IMG/VR virus record: IMGVR_UViG_3300023174_000037
Direction: 5' to 3' (one strand)
DNA length: 64,000 nt
Origin: a virus
Taxonomy: Duplodnaviria; Caudoviricetes
Shown here: in pieces, positions 37,390-45,555 of the stretch
Position numbering within the stretch: the stretch's first letter is position 1
Layout of the letters: the number at the start of each line of letters is the position of its first letter
Notes under the pieces: generated by a model
Told to the model about the DNA's origin: nothing
What the model saw: the letters and a program-made list of their open reading frames with translations, nothing else
Databases searched by the model: none
Made by a program: the position numbers and the translations under genes

Positions 37390-38005
37390 TCTGACTGTAA
37401 AGACGATCTAACCCGTCGGCATTGTTGTCAATCACAGCATCAAATTTGGTACCAATCCAAGCAGTTTCACTGGCATGAACTTTGGATCTTTCTAGCTGTT
37501 CTCGGCTTAATGCCCATGTTATATTACCAACCGGCCCACGGTTTAAACTCAAGGCCGCATCATACCACGCAGGTTCTGGGCCACGAACCACACGAATAAC
37601 AATGCCACCAGCATTTCTAATACTTTTAATTTCATTAGGAAAACGGCAGTCTGAAATTACTACATCATCCGTTGTTTTTCTAAGTTTATTTTCTAAGGCT
37701 GCAATCCAGATATCATCGTGAAAGCTTCTACGGGCAACTTCGGTCCCCCATACTTGTAACACATGCCTGGGAGTAAGGTGTGGCATTTTTAAACGGTCTG
37801 CCCACCATGGATCAACTTGCTCACGCCAGTGCCTGGACTCTTTAGTGCGGCCTTCAAGCAGTTCACGGTCCCAGCCAAATATTTGGGCTACCGCATCTTT
37901 AAGACTGTGGGCAAAACTTTCTCTTCGAAATTGATGTATGTTTTGCAAGTAGTCTGCTATGGTATCTTTACCACTTCCAATCAATCCACAAATTCCAATA
38001 ATCAT
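37337..38005 (-). CDS. Deoxynucleoside monophosphate kinase (T4 gp1-like)
   Basis: IIGICGLIGSGKDT, FAHSLK, R..LQ..GTE, ISDCRFPNE, HASE. Confidence 0.9.
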   Translation of the reverse strand: MIIGICGLIGSGKDTIADYLQNIHQFRRESFAHSLKDAVAQIFGWDRELLEGRTKESRHWREQVDPWWADRLKMPHLTPRHVLQVWGTEVARRSFHDDIWIAALENKLRKTTDDVVISDCRFPNEIKSIRNAGGIVIRVVRGPEPAWYDAALSLNRGPVGNITWALSREQLERSKVHASETAWIGTKFDAVIDNNADGLDRLYSQIKDLVLAHQAPKDGPSV

Positions 38006-38523
38006 GATAACGCCTTTACATTTAATTGTTTGAGAGTCAGTTGTAGCATGTCAATCTGCCTGCGACAGTCTTCCAACGCATGGTGTGTTGTTGGTGGTTT
38101 AGGCAGTTCTGGCCATAAACTAAAAACGGTGCGACTATCACGCACATTATAGAACTGCCACGGAATAGGCTTGCCATAACTTTTATACGCATGTTCAAGT
38201 ATGTTCATATCATATGTTGGACCTTGCGCCCACACTCGCTTGGCATGCCATACCAATTTGCCTAGACTATCCAGGGCCTGATCTAGGTCAATTCGTCCAC
38301 CTTCCATAAACGCTTCGTCACGAGCAGCCGCGGGTTGAGTAGCCCACCAGTCAATGGTGCCTTGTTGTATGCTACGGTTTTCTTGGCTTTCTAGTGTAAC
38401 ACGGGCATAATATTGTTGGTTATAATAACCAGAGCCAAACGGATCAAATGCCTGAGCGGCAATAGTTAGAATAGTAGTGTCGGGGCCTGTTCCAAGGCCT
38501 TCCAAGTCAATCATTAGGTCCAT
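38002..38523 (-). CDS. DEDDh 3'-5' exonuclease/exoribonuclease (Rv2179c-like)
   Basis: MIDLE, W.QG..YD, RDSRT, HHALEDC. Confidence 0.85.
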   Translation of the reverse strand: MDLMIDLEGLGTGPDTTILTIAAQAFDPFGSGYYNQQYYARVTLESQENRSIQQGTIDWWATQPAAARDEAFMEGGRIDLDQALDSLGKLVWHAKRVWAQGPTYDMNILEHAYKSYGKPIPWQFYNVRDSRTVFSLWPELPKPPTTHHALEDCRRQIDMLQLTLKQLNVKALS

Positions 38524-38529
38524 ACTATG

Positions 38530-38558
38530 ATTATAGCAGGATTTTAGAACAAAGTCTA
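38530..38558 (-). promoter_or_regulatory. sigma70-type promoter (leaderless)
   Basis: TAGACT-17nt-TATAAT, ATG 6 nt downstream. Confidence 0.65.
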
Positions 38559-38565
38559 GTGTGTA

Positions 38566-39336
38566 TTAACCAATTACCCAGGTAAGTGGTTGTGAACCAT
38601 CTACATATCGGCGTAGATCTTCTAGCAGAGCATCCATTTGGGTTTGCGCTTCGGCTTTCATTGCGGTGCCGTTAAGTGTGCCACCACCCTGTGGGCCAGC
38701 AATTGTGCCAAATTTCTCACGTGCTTCGCCAATGATCATTTTGCAGGCTGCAACCATATAATCTCGAATCCATTGTTGGATTTGGAAATCACTGAGTAAA
38801 TTGAATTCGGGTTTTAAATTATAAGTCCACATCAACACCGCTTCACCTGTACCCTTTGGATCACGGATCAACTGTAATTTTTTAGTTACTGGATTGTAAG
38901 TGTAGTTCATGTAGGCACCAAACATACGTCCAGCTAACTCCACATACTGACTATAGAAATCGTAAGTTGCAAGTCCACCGGCCACGTTGAAGTTCATTAG
39001 ATACACGTTCATACTTGCTTGACTAAATGGATCAAAGTTGCTGGCAAACGGGCCAGTTGAATCACCAAAGGTTCTACGGAAAATTTGTCTGACAGTAATA
39101 ACTTCTTGTGGCATATCATAGATATTGACATTGGTTACCAATTCTAAAAAGCTGTAGCTTTCTTCGTAGGCGTTTTGTGCCCGTTGCCGGTACACACCAA
39201 TGGTGCGTTGATACGCCGCTTCGTAATGTTCAGCATCTAATTCAAGATCAATGATCTGTGAGCCCAATTGTAATTGGACATAATCAAAAAGATTCTGTTT
39301 TAAAGTGTCTAGACTAGCTTGATTTTCTAAGGCCAT
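38566..39336 (-). CDS. gp13: Neck protein (T4 gp13-like)
   Basis: LQLGSQIIDLEL, GGGTLNG...AEA motifs; late promoter. Confidence 0.8.
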   Translation of the reverse strand: MALENQASLDTLKQNLFDYVQLQLGSQIIDLELDAEHYEAAYQRTIGVYRQRAQNAYEESYSFLELVTNVNIYDMPQEVITVRQIFRRTFGDSTGPFASNFDPFSQASMNVYLMNFNVAGGLATYDFYSQYVELAGRMFGAYMNYTYNPVTKKLQLIRDPKGTGEAVLMWTYNLKPEFNLLSDFQIQQWIRDYMVAACKMIIGEAREKFGTIAGPQGGGTLNGTAMKAEAQTQMDALLEDLRRYVDGSQPLTWVIG

Positions 39337-39338
39337 GT

Positions 39339-39363
39339 AGGGAAGCTCCGTTCCCTGTATTTA
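39339..39363 (-). promoter_or_regulatory. Late promoter plus RBS-containing hairpin of gp13
   Basis: TAAATA 39358-39363; AGGGAA-CGGAGC-TTCCCT stem-loop 39339-39356. Confidence 0.65.
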
Positions 39364-39369
39364 GTAGTT

Positions 39370-40536
39370 TTACCAAGCCCAAAGGATGATTAAATTATCG
39401 TTGCCGCGACCGTTCCATTTGGTTTCTGTAGCATTAATTGCCGCAAATGCTTTACGAGCAGCGGGTTTTCCAACACTTGTAATGGTTTTAAGTTGTTCTG
39501 CAGGTTTACGCAAAGTTTTTTGCACAGTTTGTTGAGCATCAAATCCTACCACAGACGATCCTTTTACTGAAAATGTTCCTATGTGACTGTCCGCCACAAC
39601 GTGGACCAGTTTACGTTTGGCTGTGTCATATAGCCAAGCTTCGCTAGCGCCAACCAGCTTGACTACCGGTTCTGATTTGAGTTTAAGATCTGCAAACTCT
39701 CGGAGGAACTTAAAACTACGAGTCAATTTCTCAGGACTTACGGCTTTCTTGGCACGTGGCTTGCGTTCTACCTTTTTAAGTTGAACATAGCTGTTGCAGT
39801 CATTGATTACCGTTTCGCAGAACTTTACACAATTACGAAGTTGTATTTTTGTGAGATGACTGTAGCCTTCAACCAACTGATCATCTTTGCCTTCTAACAC
39901 TTCATTAAATTCAGCCAGTCGTAATTCCCAAACTCGTGTCACAGTGCTGATCATGTTAGGGCTGATATTCATGCCGCGCATCAACCCAATGGGTTTGAAA
40001 TCCGCCGACATTTTTGCACCAGCATCAATGAAATCATCAAACATGCCTTCAAGTTCTCCACAGCAGTCTGATATTTTTTCACGCAGGTGATCTTGAATTG
40101 TAAGTTTTGCCACAGCGGCATCAGCATCAACTTCGGACTGCGCTTTCTTAGCTTCTTGTTTTACATTGAGCATTTGTGTGATATCGTTATCAATAATGCT
40201 TTGTTCGTGTTCCGTAAGCGCCAGTCCAAGCAAGGTCATGCGGCAGACCCAAGCCGGTGTAATACGAATTTGACTATCTGGAACGCCGCGCATTGTTTTA
40301 GCGTCTTTTGTTCGACCATTATGCTCTAAATAATGACACAGCATGTCTTTGGCATCTTTTTTACCATAGTGGTAATTGTACCAGGCAAATGCATTAGCCA
40401 GTGCGCTGATGCGATTTTCATCTGCGGGTTGCGTTTTCCATTCGGGTTCAAACCCTATGTATTTGGTTTCAGCACCCTTGGGGTTTAGTCGTTTGATTTC
40501 AGTTGTTTTAGCCATAGTCGTCGTTGTTTTTACCAT
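39370..40536 (-). CDS. Hypothetical early protein
   Basis: Start re-assigned to ATG 40536 (or 40515) because the promoter at 40543-40571 lies inside the track ORF. Confidence 0.75.
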   Translation of the reverse strand: MVKTTTTMAKTTEIKRLNPKGAETKYIGFEPEWKTQPADENRISALANAFAWYNYHYGKKDAKDMLCHYLEHNGRTKDAKTMRGVPDSQIRITPAWVCRMTLLGLALTEHEQSIIDNDITQMLNVKQEAKKAQSEVDADAAVAKLTIQDHLREKISDCCGELEGMFDDFIDAGAKMSADFKPIGLMRGMNISPNMISTVTRVWELRLAEFNEVLEGKDDQLVEGYSHLTKIQLRNCVKFCETVINDCNSYVQLKKVERKPRAKKAVSPEKLTRSFKFLREFADLKLKSEPVVKLVGASEAWLYDTAKRKLVHVVADSHIGTFSVKGSSVVGFDAQQTVQKTLRKPAEQLKTITSVGKPAARKAFAAINATETKWNGRGNDNLIILWAW

Positions 40537-40542
40537 GTGTGT

Positions 40543-40571
40543 ATTATATGTGAAAATTGCTCGTTTGTCAA
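40543..40571 (-). promoter_or_regulatory. Consensus sigma70-type promoter (leaderless)
   Basis: TTGACA-17nt-TATAAT, ATG 6 nt downstream. Confidence 0.85.
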
Positions 40572-40819
40572 CCGAGCAGATTAGCAAAGGTTATGTGCTG
40601 TTCTAAATTTGTAAGTAATTCTTTTACTTTTTGAACCAATTCTCTATAGCGTGATGTTTCTCGATGCAGTCTGCGGCATTCTACACTTTCCATATCAGCG
40701 GCCACAATAGCTTGGTCCACAGCACGAACCATTTTTAACAGGTCTTTTCGAGCCACCTTATTTTTAACGTTGGCAATGGCTCGTTCTGCCCGGTCTAAGC
40801 GTTGAAATAGTTCGTCCAT
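40568..40819 (-). CDS. Small helical hypothetical protein
   Basis: Start MDELFQ at 40819, 7 nt below a -10 box. Confidence 0.7.
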   Translation of the reverse strand: MDELFQRLDRAERAIANVKNKVARKDLLKMVRAVDQAIVAADMESVECRRLHRETSRYRELVQKVKELLTNLEQHITFANLLG

Positions 40820-40826
40820 GTTTGTA

Positions 40827-40855
40827 ATTATACGAGCTTTTGAATTACAAGTCAA
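40827..40855 (-). promoter_or_regulatory. sigma70-type promoter (leaderless)
   Basis: TTGACT-17nt-TATAAT. Confidence 0.75.
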
Positions 40856-40877
40856 TCAAACCCATAAATACATAACT

Positions 40878-42230
40878 ATGCCACGATTAAGCCTATATCG
40901 CCCAAACAGAACTGCTGACTACCAATTCTTCGACCGTACTATCAAAGAGATGTTTACTGTTGGCGGACTAGACATTTACGTTCACAAATATCTTGGGCCC
41001 ATTGTAGATCCAGCTCAAACTAATAATCCAGGTGATGCTACCCTGCCAACTTACGACACTACCAATCCGTTGTTTATTGAAGATTTGTTGTTGTTGGAAA
41101 ATCGTGATCGAGCCTATGACCCAGACGTGTATATCATGCGTGGTGTGTATCGAACACAGGATATTGATTTTGATCTTACACAATTTGGTTTATTTTTAAA
41201 CAACGATACCTTGTTTATTACATTTCACTACAACAACATGATAGACACATTTGGGCGCAAGCTCATGGTAGGTGATGTTATTGAAGTTCCTAATTTAAAA
41301 GACTACCACCCATTGGACCGTAGTATTCCCAAAGCATTACCCAGATACTATGTAATACAGGATGGCAACTATGCTTCAGAAGGATTTAGCCAAACTTGGT
41401 TGCCTCACTTATGGCGGATCAAAGCCACGCCAATGGTCAATGCTCAAGAATATAGCCAGATCATTAACGAACCATTTATGCCAGAAAATATCTGGGATCC
41501 TGGCAATTTTTATCCTGGTGGCGAAACAGTCAACAATGGTGGCACCTATTATGTTGCACAACAAAACGTACCGCCAGGCACTGATATTACCAACACAGCC
41601 TATTGGACAGAAGTAACCACACCAGCAACAGTAGGCGACCGAATGAGCACCAGACCCAAAGATCTGGAAATTAACGATGCCTTATTGGTGCAGGCTCAAG
41701 CTGATGTTCCGCTCAGTGGCTACGACGTTACAAAATTCTATATATTACCAACTGCTGACGGACAACCGGCCGGTGCTGGTCTTACTGCTGATGACACCCA
41801 CCCTACAGCAGACAGCACAGCGCCAGGCGATGGTACCACACCCAAGAGCTTTGGCTATACCATGGGTTACTTAACTGGTGATGGCGCGGCCCCTAATGGC
41901 TTGCCAGTAACACCGGGTGTAAGTTTTCCGCCTAATCCAGCCGCAGGTGATTATGCCTTGCGTTTAGATTATTTTCCTAATCGACTGTTTAGATTTAGTG
42001 GTAGATCTTGGATCAAAATTGAAGACAATGTTCGCACTGACCTTGACTTGGCCTCAGGTGCATTAACTCAACGTGCCAGCTTTGTCAACAATACATACAC
42101 TGTTGCTACCACAGATCAAGGCAATATTCCAAGCCGTCAGAGTCTTAGCCAGATACTTAAACCACTGGCTGACAACGGCAGTCAAGGTGGCAATATTACA
42201 CCACCCAACCCAAGACCACCAGGACGATAA
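40878..42230 (+). CDS. gp14: Neck protein (T4 gp14-like) with inserted domains
   Basis: EMFTVGGLDIYVHKY, LLENRDRAY, QFGL; start at 40878, 7 nt after ATAAATA. Confidence 0.75.
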   Translation: MPRLSLYRPNRTADYQFFDRTIKEMFTVGGLDIYVHKYLGPIVDPAQTNNPGDATLPTYDTTNPLFIEDLLLLENRDRAYDPDVYIMRGVYRTQDIDFDLTQFGLFLNNDTLFITFHYNNMIDTFGRKLMVGDVIEVPNLKDYHPLDRSIPKALPRYYVIQDGNYASEGFSQTWLPHLWRIKATPMVNAQEYSQIINEPFMPENIWDPGNFYPGGETVNNGGTYYVAQQNVPPGTDITNTAYWTEVTTPATVGDRMSTRPKDLEINDALLVQAQADVPLSGYDVTKFYILPTADGQPAGAGLTADDTHPTADSTAPGDGTTPKSFGYTMGYLTGDGAAPNGLPVTPGVSFPPNPAAGDYALRLDYFPNRLFRFSGRSWIKIEDNVRTDLDLASGALTQRASFVNNTYTVATTDQGNIPSRQSLSQILKPLADNGSQGGNITPPNPRPPGR

Positions 42231-43640
42231 ATGGCACAATTTTTTTACGATGAACAAATACGAAGATTCTTGTTACAGTTTGCTAGAATCTTCAGTAACT
42301 TCAGTGTAGAGTACGGCCGCAATCAAGCCGGTATCAACGACACTTTGATCCGTGTACCGGTTCGGTATGGTGATGCTAGTAGACAAGCACAGACTATCAT
42401 GCAACAAAACAGTGCCAATGACATGCCAGCAACTCCATTAATGACATTTTATGTCACCGGTCTTGACTATGACCGTCCAAGAATTCAAGAACCTAATTTT
42501 GTAAGCAACATTCAAGTTCGTCAACGCACCTATGACGAAGCCACTGACAGTTACGAAACCACACAGGGCAATGCATTTACTATTGAACGGTTGATGCCAG
42601 TTCCATACAAGTTAACCATTGCATTAGATATATGGACTAGTAATACCAATCAAAAAATGCAGATACTGGAACAGATACTGGTGCTGTTTAATCCTAGTCT
42701 GGAAATACAAAGCACTGACAACTTTATTGACTGGACCAGTCTGACCGTTTGTAATCTTGAATCAACTAAATGGAGTAGTCGAAATATTCCAATAGGAACT
42801 GAAAATCCTATAGACATAGCTACACTTACTTTTAGCATACCAATTTGGCTATCAAGCCCAGCTAAGGTTAAGAAGTTGGGTGTGGTCGAACGTATTGTCA
42901 TGAGTGTGTTTGATGCCAACGGTGATGCTAGCAATGCTATCCTTGACAATGACCTGCTGTTAGGTACTCGACAAGTGATTACTCCATACGGATATCAAGC
43001 CCTGTTGATTGGCGGAAGCCCTGGAACAGTTGGTAAATTACAAGCATTACGTGTGCAACAGGTTGTCGATCAATCCAACAACAGTTTAAATCCTCCCAGT
43101 AGCCCGGATAGCAACTTACTGTGGCACGATGTTGTTGGAGTATATGGCGTATTAAGAGACGGCATTAGCTATATTAAATTAGAGCAAGACGACGGAACTG
43201 AAGTGATAGGTCATGTCAGTTATGATCCTACCGACGATCGATTCTTGTTGTTTACTGTAGACTCCGGCTCAACACCTGGCAATACGTTAGAGCCAGTGTT
43301 GGCCGTAATTGATCCACTACGAAGTGGCCCTAATGCTGGACTAGCTGCACCAGCAGTCGGTCAACGATATTTGTTTACTGAAGCAACTGGTACGTTCAAC
43401 GAAGGATATGCCGAAGCCTGGGCTGGCATAGCTGGACAACCCTTGGTTGCTCAAGCCAATGACATTGTTGAATACGATGGCACACGGTGGCAGATTTCTT
43501 TTGACTCGGCCTCAAGTCCAGATAATATACAGTATGTCACAAATATCACAACAGAAATACAATACCAGTGGACTGGCGATTCGTGGATCAAATCATATCA
43601 GGGCTTGTATCCTGGAGGCACATGGAGTCTAGTATTGTAA
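42231..43640 (+). CDS. gp15: Tail sheath stabiliser/completion protein (T4 gp15-like)
   Basis: FYDEQIRRFLLQF, VPVRYG, MPVPY, QILEQILVLFNP. Confidence 0.8.
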   Translation: MAQFFYDEQIRRFLLQFARIFSNFSVEYGRNQAGINDTLIRVPVRYGDASRQAQTIMQQNSANDMPATPLMTFYVTGLDYDRPRIQEPNFVSNIQVRQRTYDEATDSYETTQGNAFTIERLMPVPYKLTIALDIWTSNTNQKMQILEQILVLFNPSLEIQSTDNFIDWTSLTVCNLESTKWSSRNIPIGTENPIDIATLTFSIPIWLSSPAKVKKLGVVERIVMSVFDANGDASNAILDNDLLLGTRQVITPYGYQALLIGGSPGTVGKLQALRVQQVVDQSNNSLNPPSSPDSNLLWHDVVGVYGVLRDGISYIKLEQDDGTEVIGHVSYDPTDDRFLLFTVDSGSTPGNTLEPVLAVIDPLRSGPNAGLAAPAVGQRYLFTEATGTFNEGYAEAWAGIAGQPLVAQANDIVEYDGTRWQISFDSASSPDNIQYVTNITTEIQYQWTGDSWIKSYQGLYPGGTWSLVL

Positions 43641-44062
43641 AAGCCGTGGGAGTTTGGTTTTACTCAGTTGATACTCGTCGTTACCTGTATCTCATGCGTA
43701 ATGATCCAAAACATCCGGCAGCATGGGGATTGCCGGGCGGGCGTGTAGAAACCGGCGAGACATTGATGACTGCTATTGTTCGAGAGTGTGAAGAAGAACT
43801 AGGATCCATGCCCGAGTATGTGCGTATGCTTCCATTAGAAAAGTTTACTACTGTAGATTCAGGATTTGAATATCATACGTTTTTTTGCATTGTTGGCAAT
43901 GAATTTCAACCTAAACTAAATCATGAACACATTGGATATGCTTGGATTGATTCGGGAACATGGCCCAAACCCATGCATCCAGGCCTATGGTCCACTGTAA
44001 ACTTTGAAGCAGTGCAGAATAAAATTCTAACTATTGAATCCAGCGTTTATACATCACAATAA
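43622..44062 (+). CDS. NUDIX hydrolase
   Basis: Nudix box GGRVETGETLMTAIVRECEEELG; start MESSIV. Confidence 0.9.
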   Translation: MESSIVKAVGVWFYSVDTRRYLYLMRNDPKHPAAWGLPGGRVETGETLMTAIVRECEEELGSMPEYVRMLPLEKFTTVDSGFEYHTFFCIVGNEFQPKLNHEHIGYAWIDSGTWPKPMHPGLWSTVNFEAVQNKILTIESSVYTSQ

Positions 44063-44709
44063 CTGATAAATTCAAGATAGGTCATAACCTGTGTGTTGAA
44101 ACAATCAACCCAGACATCAGGCATGCGTGTGTTTTCGCCCACTAGATAAAATTTAACACCTGGGTAAGCCAAAAATACATCGGCCAGTTGTGCTTCCCAG
44201 TTTAACGAATCACCATTGGTTTCATCTGTGTATCCAAGTAAGAATACTTCTTGGTGGCCGTCAAATGCAGCCAGATACACAGCCGTAGTCATATCAATCA
44301 ATCTAGGTTTATGCGGAATTAAATAAAATTCTCCCGGATTAGCAATACAATTACGTGCAGTGGTATACACAATGTTGTCTTGTTGGTACCCTGTTTCTAA
44401 AATTTTATTCAAATTATTGATATTGGTTTCTACTGCAAAGTCCAAGCGCATTTGTTGAGCAATCGGGCCTGTGCCGTAGGTTTGTAATTTTTTACTGCCT
44501 AATAGGCCGCCGCGGTGACGTTGCAGTCGTGTGTAATCAAACTGCCAACGATCAAAGTCACTGCCAATGCAGGCCGCACGACCTGACAGGTGATGGTTTT
44601 CAATGGGATTTGGAATCCACTCACGTGTTTCTTCTTTTTTACCGGCGCCCCATCTAGTCTCTAGTATTACAAATTCGCCAGCATAGTCTGTGCGATATCT
44701 AGCTTGCAT
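44047..44709 (-). CDS. Hypothetical protein, weak resemblance to Maf/DUF115-type glycosyltransferase fold
   Basis: TTAVYLAAFDGHQEVFLLG resembles A..LA...G...IxLLGxD. Confidence 0.4.
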   Translation of the reverse strand: MQARYRTDYAGEFVILETRWGAGKKEETREWIPNPIENHHLSGRAACIGSDFDRWQFDYTRLQRHRGGLLGSKKLQTYGTGPIAQQMRLDFAVETNINNLNKILETGYQQDNIVYTTARNCIANPGEFYLIPHKPRLIDMTTAVYLAAFDGHQEVFLLGYTDETNGDSLNWEAQLADVFLAYPGVKFYLVGENTRMPDVWVDCFNTQVMTYLEFISYCDV

Positions 44710-45530
44710 TATGACTTTCCTACTGCTACTTCTATCACTCCTGGTTCAGTTGAATTGTATTCTGCTAAGGCTTTGCCAATGATACAACCAGGTTGGTATA
44801 AATTCATATCCAACACAGTAGCCACTCCAGCAATGTGACTTGATACCAAACGATCGCCTTTGACAATTGTACCAACTACTTGACAAGGAACTCGTCCAAC
44901 TAGTGCAACTTCAAGTGAATATTCGCCTGCTTGTGTAGAGTTCATTAGGTAGGCCGGCTGTGTGGATATAATGCCGGCCACCTGTGTAGAATGTGATGCG
45001 GTTGCAATAGTTATTTCATAGTTACCGCCAAATTCAACCACAGTCCCTGGGGCATAGGCCGTATCAGCAACATACATTTCAGCCAAGTCAGCATATTGGG
45101 CCGACGTTGATTTGGCAAACACTGTGTTCCAGCTTGAAGTAGCACTACCAATATTAGCGGTAGCATTGCTACTGGTTGGCATAATGTTACTTGAGATGTT
45201 GACATTGCCTGTACCATTTGGTGTCAACACAATGTTGCCGTTGCTGGCTGTGGTTGCAATGTCCAACTGTCCTGCATCAGATATGGTACCACTTAGAATT
45301 AAATTGCCGCCGGTAATATTGCCGGTTACACTTAAACTAGTGCCAGTGTAGACTTTGTTAGCAATAGTTTGAACACAATTTAGTCCAACTTGGGCAAATC
45401 CTCCAGGAGTAGATCCATCATGCACTCGTATTACATCTAAATCCGTGTCAATGCTCAACTCACCAGGTGATCCAGTAAATGAGTTATTTTGTGATGTAGT
45501 TCCTCTGCGGAACTGTAAGACTGTTGGCAT
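44709..45530 (-). CDS. Small fibre-type protein: Mtd N-terminal domain plus ADLAE (Peptidase G2/IMC-like) C-terminal domain
   Basis: LQFRRGT...GSPGELSIDTD...VHDG.TPGG; SAQYADLAE...VALVGRVPC...IGKAL. Confidence 0.7.
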   Translation of the reverse strand: MPTVLQFRRGTTSQNNSFTGSPGELSIDTDLDVIRVHDGSTPGGFAQVGLNCVQTIANKVYTGTSLSVTGNITGGNLILSGTISDAGQLDIATTASNGNIVLTPNGTGNVNISSNIMPTSSNATANIGSATSSWNTVFAKSTSAQYADLAEMYVADTAYAPGTVVEFGGNYEITIATASHSTQVAGIISTQPAYLMNSTQAGEYSLEVALVGRVPCQVVGTIVKGDRLVSSHIAGVATVLDMNLYQPGCIIGKALAEYNSTEPGVIEVAVGKS

Positions 45531-45555
45531 TGAATTCTCCTGTTTCTTTATTTAT

